In this document: piece by piece, positions 57,190-64,000 of the stretch
How the letters are laid out: the number at the start of each line of letters is the position of its first letter
Numbering within the stretch: the first letter of the stretch is position 1
Assembly (NCBI GenBank): GCA_900551455.1
Contig: URVV01000002.1
Span: 24,290-88,289, forward strand
DNA length: 64,000 bases
DNA from: an uncultured Mycoplasmatota bacterium
GTDB taxonomy: Bacteria; Bacillota_I; Bacilli_A; RF39; UBA660
Reading direction: 5' to 3'
Program-made: the position numbers and the translations under genes
The notes under the pieces: model-generated
What the model was told of the DNA's origin: nothing
The model's input: only the letters and a program-made list of their open reading frames with translations
Database searches by the model: none

Positions 57190-58548
57190 TTAAAGATATT
57201 TATTTAAGAGATCAGTAAATTCTTTTTGAATTTCAGTTAATCTTGATTCAGTAGTAGCTTCGAAGCGCATAGTAATATTTGGCCCGGTATTAGAGGCTCT
57301 TACTAGAGCAAAACCGTCTTTAAATTTTGCTTTGGCACCATCTATTGTTAAAGTATTATAGCCTTTACTTTGACAGTATTCTTTTACTTTTTCAATTATA
57401 TGAAATTTTTTATTGTCTTCAGTGGAAATTTTTATTTCGGGGGTTGAATAATATTTGGTAATGCCATCTAAAAGAGAACTTAGTGGTTTATCAGTATGGC
57501 TTAATAATTCGATTAGACGCATACCAGCATATATGCCATCATCATAGCCGGGAAATTTATCTCTAAAGTAAACGTGTCCGGATAGTTCTCCTCCTAATGG
57601 GCAGTCTAATTCGTTGGTTTTTGCTCTTGTGTATGAGTTACCGGTACGATATTCATATGGGGATACTTTTAGTTTTATTAATTCATCTTCAAGAGCTTTA
57701 GTACACTTTACATCATATAGGCATTGTTTATTTTCTACTTTATTGTATAAGTAACGCCACATTATGATCATAAATTTATCTGTTTCAATCATATTTCCTT
57801 GATTGTCGATAAACCCTACTCTATCGCCATCGCCATCATAACCAATTCCTAGATCGGCTTTGGTTTCTAAAACTTTTTCTTTTAATTTAGTTAGGTTTTC
57901 ATAAATACACGGATCTGGGTGATGATTTGGAAAAGAACCGTCAGATATATTAAATAATGGGATAGATTCAATGTTTAGGTTAGCAAAGACTTTGTCGGCA
58001 ATAATGCTAGTTGTTCCATTGCCACAATCGTAGACTACTTTGATGTGGCGTGGTCCTAGTGACAATTTATCAGTTATGAGATGGATATATGGTTTGGTTA
58101 TATCCTTATTCTCGATAGTTCCTTTACCGGTTGCAAAGCTTTGGCTGGTGATGATATCATATATTTCTTTTACTTCTTTACCATAGGCGTTATTAATACC
58201 GTTATATGAGAATTTAAAGCCATTATATTCTTTGGGATTGTGGGATGCAGTAATCATCATACTGGCATTGGTTCCATAGTAATTAGCAGCAAAATAACAC
58301 ATTGGGGTAGTTGCTAAACCTAGTCTTATAACATTTACACCAGTATCTGTTAATCCTTTAACTAAGTGTTCTTCTAAAGATGGAGATGATAATCTGTTGT
58401 CATAAGCTACAACAGATTTATTTTTTCCATAACTAAGAAGTTTAGTACCATAGGCTTTACCTATTAAATAGGCAGTTTCTTCATCTAATTCTTTTTTATA
58501 TATTCCTCTTATATCATATTCTCTAAATATTTCTTTTATTAATTTCAT
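57190..58548 (-). CDS. Phosphohexomutase (phosphomannomutase/phosphoglucomutase type)
   Basis: The active-site loop is ITASHNPKEYNGFKF, the metal loop is GIGYDGDGDRVG, and GGELSGH is present. Confidence 0.85.
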   Translation of the reverse strand: MKLIKEIFREYDIRGIYKKELDEETAYLIGKAYGTKLLSYGKNKSVVAYDNRLSSPSLEEHLVKGLTDTGVNVIRLGLATTPMCYFAANYYGTNASMMITASHNPKEYNGFKFSYNGINNAYGKEVKEIYDIITSQSFATGKGTIENKDITKPYIHLITDKLSLGPRHIKVVYDCGNGTTSIIADKVFANLNIESIPLFNISDGSFPNHHPDPCIYENLTKLKEKVLETKADLGIGYDGDGDRVGFIDNQGNMIETDKFMIIMWRYLYNKVENKQCLYDVKCTKALEDELIKLKVSPYEYRTGNSYTRAKTNELDCPLGGELSGHVYFRDKFPGYDDGIYAGMRLIELLSHTDKPLSSLLDGITKYYSTPEIKISTEDNKKFHIIEKVKEYCQSKGYNTLTIDGAKAKFKDGFALVRASNTGPNITMRFEATTESRLTEIQKEFTDLLNKYL

Positions 58549-58562
58549 AATATTCCTTTCTT

Positions 58563-59468
58563 TTATCCTGATGGATAATATAGATCATAATTATCTTTAA
58601 TCTTTTCTGTAGAGACATTCGTATAGATACCAGTAGTGGAGATATTTTCGTGTCCTAGCATTAATTGGATACTTCTTAAATCGGCACCATTATTTAATAA
58701 GTGAGTAGCAAAGGAGTGTCTTAACATATGGGGGTGAATCTCTTTTTTTAATCCTTGTTTTTCGGCGATAATTTTTAGGTTTTTGAAGAATCCTTGTCTA
58801 GTAAGTTTTTTCCCGTGGTTATTTAGAAATAAATTATCACATAAATATCCTTTCATTAGAGTTTGACGATATTCATCTAAGTATATTTTTAGATATTTAG
58901 TAGCGATGGCGCCGATGGGGATAATTCTTTCTTTATGCCCTTTACCACTACATTTAACTATTTGTTTGTTAAAATCAATGTTTTCAATAGTTAAATTAAT
59001 TAATTCACTTACTCTTAATCCGGTAGCATACATTAATTCTAGCATTGCTTTGTTTCGGTAATCATATGGGGTATCTAATTTAATATCTAGGAGTTTATCA
59101 ACTTCTTCTAAAGTTAAAACTTCCGGTAATTTACGATAGAATCTAGGCCTTTCAATATCTAGAACTAGATTATAAATAGATTCAGAAGATAGGTAGTGAT
59201 AAAATGATTTGATAGATGAAATTTTTCTAACGACTGAGTAAATACTATACTTATTTTCTTCTAGATATGATAGATAGTGATAGATATCTTCATTGGTGGT
59301 TTGATAATAATCTTTTTTTATGTAACTTAGATAGTGATAAATATCTATGATGTAAGAATTTACAGTAGTGTCTTTGTTTAGAAATTTTACAGTAATTAGA
59401 TATGTTTGATATTTAGATAAGATTAATTGATTATTATTAGTAGTAGTTAGTTTATCTATATTAATCAT
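58563..59468 (-). CDS. Site-specific tyrosine recombinase, XerC/XerD family
   Basis: ATGLRVSELINL, then HMLRHSFATHLL, LGHENISTTGIYTNV. This gives the R..H-x-x-R..Y catalytic set in a protein of about 300 aa. Confidence 0.8.
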   Translation of the reverse strand: MINIDKLTTTNNNQLILSKYQTYLITVKFLNKDTTVNSYIIDIYHYLSYIKKDYYQTTNEDIYHYLSYLEENKYSIYSVVRKISSIKSFYHYLSSESIYNLVLDIERPRFYRKLPEVLTLEEVDKLLDIKLDTPYDYRNKAMLELMYATGLRVSELINLTIENIDFNKQIVKCSGKGHKERIIPIGAIATKYLKIYLDEYRQTLMKGYLCDNLFLNNHGKKLTRQGFFKNLKIIAEKQGLKKEIHPHMLRHSFATHLLNNGADLRSIQLMLGHENISTTGIYTNVSTEKIKDNYDLYYPSG

Positions 59469-59613
59469 TTTATGGCCTACTTTCTATATAGATTATAGCA
59501 AAACTTAGAAAAATTAGCAATTATTTTAAGTTTTATGTAAAATGTTTTACTACTGATTTACTTAATTTGGGAAGACGTGATATAATTAATACACGTAATT
59601 GTAGGTGAAGGAT

Positions 59614-60816
59614 ATGGAGAAATTATTAGCTATTAAGATGCGTCCAACAAAATTAGAGGAAGTTATTGGGCAAAAAAATTTGATAGGTCCTGGGAAGGTT
59701 CTTACGAATTTAGTTAAAAATAAACGTTTATTTTCAATGATTTTGTATGGTAAACCAGGAATAGGAAAAACTTCAATTGCTCTTTCTTTGGTAAGTGAAC
59801 TTGGAGTTAGATATCGAATGCTTAATGCAGTTGTTAATAATAAGAAGGATTTTGATACGGCAGTTAATGAAGCAAAGATGTATAATGGTCTTGTTTTGAT
59901 TATGGATGAGATACATAGATTAAATAAAGATAAACAAGATTTATTATTACCGGTATTAGAGAGTGGTTTAATTACTTTAATTGGGATGACTACTTCTAAT
60001 CCTTATCATAGTATTAATCCAGCTATTAGAAGTAGATGTCAATTATATCAATTAGAGGAACTTAGGTATGAAGATATAACTAAGGCAATAGATTTGGTTA
60101 TTAAAAAGAATGTTTTACCTGGTTTAAAGGTTAGTGATGAGGCTAAAGATTATATTGCTAATATGGCAAAGAATGATTTACGCTATGCTTATAATTTGTT
60201 AGAGGTGGCTTATTATTCTTCAGATAATTATGAGATAACGGTAGATAAATTGGTAAATATTTGTAATAAGCCTAATTTGTTTCACGATAAGAATCAGGAT
60301 GGATACTATGATTTACTTAGTGCTTTTCAAAAGTCTATTAGAGGAAGTGATGTGCACGCAGCAGTATATTATTTAGCTAGATTAATTGAGGGTGATGAAT
60401 TAGAGGCTATATGCCGTAGAATGGCCGTTATTGTATATGAAGATATTGGCCTTGCGAATCCGGGGATGGGACCTAAAGTAATGGCGGCTATTGATAGTGC
60501 TTTAATGTTGGGTCTACCAGAGGCTAGGATTCCCTTGGCAGAGGTAGTAATTGAGATGGCTTTATCTCCTAAATCTAATAGTGCAGTTATGGCTATTGAT
60601 AGGGCTATACAAATAATTGATACAATGGATACGGGGAATGTGCCTAGTCATTTGAAGAATCCTAGTAGTGAATATAAATATCCACATAATTATAAGAATA
60701 GTTATGTAAAACAACAATATTTACCTGATAAAATTAAGGATGTTAAAATATATATGCCAAGAGAGAATAAAAATGAGTTAATACTTAAGGAAATATTAAA
60801 TAAGTTAGAAAAATAA
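59614..60816 (+). CDS. rarA: Replication-associated recombination protein A (RarA/MgsA AAA+ ATPase)
   Basis: MRPTKLEEVIGQ, Walker A GKPGIGKTS, Walker B LIMDEIHRLNK, and the C-terminal MgsA block FQKSIRGSDVHAAVYYLARL. ATG 59614 follows an AGGTGAAGG SD. Confidence 0.9.
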   Translation: MEKLLAIKMRPTKLEEVIGQKNLIGPGKVLTNLVKNKRLFSMILYGKPGIGKTSIALSLVSELGVRYRMLNAVVNNKKDFDTAVNEAKMYNGLVLIMDEIHRLNKDKQDLLLPVLESGLITLIGMTTSNPYHSINPAIRSRCQLYQLEELRYEDITKAIDLVIKKNVLPGLKVSDEAKDYIANMAKNDLRYAYNLLEVAYYSSDNYEITVDKLVNICNKPNLFHDKNQDGYYDLLSAFQKSIRGSDVHAAVYYLARLIEGDELEAICRRMAVIVYEDIGLANPGMGPKVMAAIDSALMLGLPEARIPLAEVVIEMALSPKSNSAVMAIDRAIQIIDTMDTGNVPSHLKNPSSEYKYPHNYKNSYVKQQYLPDKIKDVKIYMPRENKNELILKEILNKLEK

Positions 60817-60842
60817 AGAAAGACACTTAAGGTCTTTCTTTT
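60816..60842. terminator. Bidirectional terminator
   Basis: Stem AAGAAAGAC/GTCTTTCTT, 7-nt loop, between rarA (+) and 60841..61590 (-). Confidence 0.55.
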
Positions 60843-61590
60843 AAAATAAGGTAAGTTGTTCTACTTGGTTAGATGGCATAAGAACTCTTTTCTTAACGGG
60901 TCCAGTTTTTTCTTTTACTGGGGTTTCTTCATTAGTTAATTTGCTATTATAATGGTTAAAAAAAGCAATTAATGAATGAAAGTTAGCATAGTTAATTTTA
61001 GTAGTATCATATTTTGTTATGTAGTTATAAGATTCTTTATCATAGTATTCTTTTGAATCATAAATTAAGAGTTTAATTAGTCTAGTTAAGATATCATCAC
61101 CAGTCATATCTAGTTTATCTAAATGCTTAGAATGGGTATGCTCTTTAATAGAACTATTGGCATATAATCTTAGTTCGGCAGCGGTAGTTTTACATTGATA
61201 ATTATTAGTATAATGGTTAGCTAATTCTTTTAAAAAGAGATAATCATATTTTTTACTTTGAATATCTTTTATAAGACATTCTGGTCTATCTAGGTATTTA
61301 AAGTCTTTTTGATAAAGAAAATCATAGTAAACTTTAGAGTATTTACCATTATAAAAATTTCTTATTGAAAGTTTTTTGGTAGCATCGTATGATGGTAAAA
61401 TTGATGATTCGATTAAGTGATTTCTTAATTCTTCTTCATTATTAAAAAGAGCGGTAAAATAGTCTATTTCTAATAGTGTAAAAGCATATTTTTTTTGATA
61501 TCTCCTTTTTAGATAAAAGTATTTTGAACTACTGATATCTAGTGGTGTATATTCACCTTTTTTAGATTGAGTCATAAAGTAATAAGCCAT
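60841..61590 (-). CDS. Hypothetical protein (Tyr/Lys-rich)
   Basis: 249-aa ORF preceded by an SD (GGGGGAAC). No motif was recognised. Confidence 0.4.
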   Translation of the reverse strand: MAYYFMTQSKKGEYTPLDISSSKYFYLKRRYQKKYAFTLLEIDYFTALFNNEEELRNHLIESSILPSYDATKKLSIRNFYNGKYSKVYYDFLYQKDFKYLDRPECLIKDIQSKKYDYLFLKELANHYTNNYQCKTTAAELRLYANSSIKEHTHSKHLDKLDMTGDDILTRLIKLLIYDSKEYYDKESYNYITKYDTTKINYANFHSLIAFFNHYNSKLTNEETPVKEKTGPVKKRVLMPSNQVEQLTLF

Positions 61591-61720
61591 ATTGGTTCCC
61601 CCTACTCCATACGTTTTCTTGGGAATATACTACCACATATTTATTTTTTTGTCAATTTTTTGTCATCTGATGTAAAAAATAGTTGATGTGTGCTATAATA
61701 ACTACTAGGAGGATAGAAAA

Positions 61721-62746
61721 ATGAAATGCGTTAAAATTAAAGAGGCACAAAAATTAGAGGTGTCAGAAATTCAGGAACCAATTAGTGATGGTAAGAAAGT
61801 TATTTTTAAGGTTGATGCTTGTGGAATATGTGGCTCTGATATTCATTATTATATGTCTGGTGAACCTAAGGGATTAGTTATGGGCCATGAATTTGCTGGA
61901 ACAGTAATTGATCCGGGAGATAGAGATGATCTAAAGATTGGAGATCGCGTGACAGGATTACCTATTAGTCCTTGTGGAGAGTGTGAGCCTTGTACTACTG
62001 GTAATGTTCAATATTGTTTAAATACTTGGAATGAAGCAGTTGGTTTATCTTTAAGTAATCCGGGAGGCTATGCTGTTAGATCTAGTTGCCGAAGTGATAT
62101 GGTTGTAAAAATACCTGATGGAGTTTCTTCAGTAGAAGCGGCAATGGTGGAACCTTCAGCAGTATCATTACACGCAATTAATTTAGCTAATATTAAAGTT
62201 GGAGATAAGGTTTTAATTATTGGTGGAGGAATCATTGGTTTAATGGCTAGTGAATTTGCTAAATTAAATGGAGCTTCTTATATTGCTTTAATGGAAACTA
62301 ATCCTAAAAGAGGAGAAAAAGCTCTTAAATATGGTTGTGTTAATGAGTATTTTAATGCTTTAGAAGAAGGTATTATCGAGAAAGTTACTAATAAGAGTAA
62401 TGGTGGCTTTGATAAGGTAATTGAATGTTGTGGAAATGGGCCAGCAGTTAGTGAGGCTATTATGCTAGTAAAACCAGGAGGAGTAATTGTTTTGGTAGGA
62501 GTTAGTTTAACACCAATAACAATTCCTACGGTAGTTAGTGTTATGCGAGAAATTACAATGCAAGGAGCTATTGCTTATACTAAAGAAGAATTTGTTAAAT
62601 GCTTAGATTTAATTGATAAAAAGATTATTAATGTTAAAAAATATATTGATGATATTGTTCCGTTAGAAAAAGCTCAAGATTCTTTCGAGAGATTAACTAG
62701 TGGTCAAGATGAAGCAATAAAAATTATTTTTAAACCAGAAGAATAA
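61721..62746 (+). CDS. Zinc-dependent medium-chain alcohol/polyol dehydrogenase
   Basis: GICGSDIHYY, GHEFAG, the structural-zinc cysteines CGECEPC and the Rossmann motif IIGGGIIG. Confidence 0.85.
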   Translation: MKCVKIKEAQKLEVSEIQEPISDGKKVIFKVDACGICGSDIHYYMSGEPKGLVMGHEFAGTVIDPGDRDDLKIGDRVTGLPISPCGECEPCTTGNVQYCLNTWNEAVGLSLSNPGGYAVRSSCRSDMVVKIPDGVSSVEAAMVEPSAVSLHAINLANIKVGDKVLIIGGGIIGLMASEFAKLNGASYIALMETNPKRGEKALKYGCVNEYFNALEEGIIEKVTNKSNGGFDKVIECCGNGPAVSEAIMLVKPGGVIVLVGVSLTPITIPTVVSVMREITMQGAIAYTKEEFVKCLDLIDKKIINVKKYIDDIVPLEKAQDSFERLTSGQDEAIKIIFKPEE

Positions 62747-62764
62747 TTAATAAATTAAAAAAAG

Positions 62765-64000
62765 TCAGTGGGTACTGGCTTTTTTTGATGGTGATACTTC
62801 TTCATTAATGGTAAAAAGGGCTTCTTGTTGGTAACTTGCAAGAGTTCTTTTACCAAGATATTCTTCCATAACAGAATATTCTTCTTTTAGGAAATCTAAA
62901 AGAACTGAAGTAGCACAATCTTTTGCACTAGTTATTTTATTATAATCACTTTTTAAACGCATTAGCACTTGGGGATCAATGCTTAAACGTAATATTTGAA
63001 GATCTTTTATAATTAAATCTATTTGAGATCTTAACTTTTTTTGTAAATCTAGTTTTATTTTTTCAATAATTTGCGATTTTTCTTTGTTATCCTCAATATC
63101 TCTTGTTTCACTTTGATATGTTAGATATTGTTTGCTGATAAAGATTTTCTCAATTTCTTTTAAGATACTGATATCTGGGGAGATGTTAAAATTAGTAAGT
63201 TTTTCTAGATATTTGGTGAAGATAATTATATCTTTGGTATAGGGATTTTGTTGTGAAGAATTATAATTGGTGGCTTCACAAATAGATAATTTATCTTCAT
63301 CTGATAGAGATTGAGTTTTATCTTTTACCAGAAGATTATAAGCAAAAGAAAGACGAATGGTATCTAGTTTTTTGATGTATAAAAGACGTTCTCTTTCTAA
63401 TAGATACTCTACTTTTTTAGATAGAGATTTAATATCTTTTCGTTCTGTTTTTAAAATATCTTTTAAGAAATCATAGATAATTTTAATATTTCGATATTCT
63501 TTATGAGCAAGACTTACAATAGTTTTATTAAATGTCTCTTCATCTAGTACAGTAATGGTTGCTTTTACTTGATTATATAATGTTTCAATTTGTTTAACTT
63601 CTTTATGCCAATTATCTTGATATTCGGAGTATTTTTCTATTTTTTCAGATAGATTATTTATATTTTTTATGTTTTGTAGATTACGAAGATATCTACTGTT
63701 GGTTTCGTGTAAGGCTATGTGATAAGCTTTTTCTAGAATATCTAGTCGTTTATTTAACTCTTCACTTTGAGAATTTCGTCGTGGCTCTTGAATATTAATA
63801 TTATGGGGAGACTTTAAATAAGCGGTTAGAACTTCTTTGGCAGAATTTATTTCTTGCATTATGGCACCACTGCCCCCGTGATCTGGATGGTTTTCTTTAG
63901 CGAGACGTCGATAAACTTTATTCAAAGTGTCGGTATCTAGCTTTATACGAATATCATCTAGGCTAATGAATGGGCTTTCGGTGGGAAAAAACTTTAGATA
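62765..64000 (-). CDS. J-domain (DnaJ-like) protein with a long helical C-terminal region; 5' end probably outside the window
   Basis: YRRLAKENHPDHGG carries the HPD motif. The frame stays open from the track TTG start at 63925 through 64000, and the J-domain helix I would lie upstream. Confidence 0.6.
   Translation of the reverse strand, partial: YLKFFPTESPFISLDDIRIKLDTDTLNKVYRRLAKENHPDHGGSGAIMQEINSAKEVLTAYLKSPHNINIQEPRRNSQSEELNKRLDILEKAYHIALHETNSRYLRNLQNIKNINNLSEKIEKYSEYQDNWHKEVKQIETLYNQVKATITVLDEETFNKTIVSLAHKEYRNIKIIYDFLKDILKTERKDIKSLSKKVEYLLERERLLYIKKLDTIRLSFAYNLLVKDKTQSLSDEDKLSICEATNYNSSQQNPYTKDIIIFTKYLEKLTNFNISPDISILKEIEKIFISKQYLTYQSETRDIEDNKEKSQIIEKIKLDLQKKLRSQIDLIIKDLQILRLSIDPQVLMRLKSDYNKITSAKDCATSVLLDFLKEEYSVMEEYLGKRTLASYQQEALFTINEEVSPSKKASTH

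Noticed and set aside
58563-59468. Tyrosine recombinase as the integrase of a second mobile element
   Set aside because: Its size (301 aa), Xer-type motifs and housekeeping neighbours (phosphohexomutase, rarA) fit chromosomal XerC/XerD. No flanking repeats, tRNA target or cargo genes are visible.
1-64000. CRISPR arrays, rRNA genes, IS elements with terminal inverted repeats, and prophage structural genes
   Set aside because: I found no spaced direct-repeat array. I saw no rRNA-like GC-rich conserved blocks and no transposase-like ORFs. The only tandem repeats are the two-plus antitoxin units at 49919-50023. The only mobile element is the recombinase element in zupT.

Overview
Very AT-rich chromosomal window from an endospore-forming low-GC Firmicute; spoIIM, spoIVB, spoIIP and gpr are all present. 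No rRNA and no CRISPR array were seen. 1-23 kb is housekeeping: recU, tRNA-Ser, rpoZ, addBA, ftsAZ, a P-type ATPase, mnmA. About 24-47.5 kb, all on the minus strand, is a large cell-envelope glycan region. It holds an LCP/CpsB/CpsD/CpsC module and a 17-kb cap5/8-like operon: a PglF/CapD-like dehydratase, an aminotransferase, a WecD-like acetyltransferase, a PglC-like priming transferase, three glycosyltransferases, Wzy, a pyruvyl transferase, Wzx, FnlABC and WecB. The most interesting locus is at 48.9-52.9 kb. A ZIP-family zinc transporter gene (zupT) is split exactly inside its HNIPEG motif by a 3.19-kb intervening element. The element carries a large serine recombinase, a small upstream ORF, and a type III (RNA-protein) toxin-antitoxin module with two-plus tandem ~48-nt repeats that show compensatory base changes. 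attL and attR can be read from the sequence, and attP and attB can be reconstructed from them. The arms are symmetric around a central GA. The right end of the window has spoIIP-gpr, rpsT, tcdA preceded by a promoter-plus-terminator-bounded structured RNA (6S-like candidate), a phosphohexomutase, a Xer recombinase, rarA, a Zn-ADH and a partial J-domain protein. All calls come from reading the ORF translations and the DNA by eye. No database search was run.
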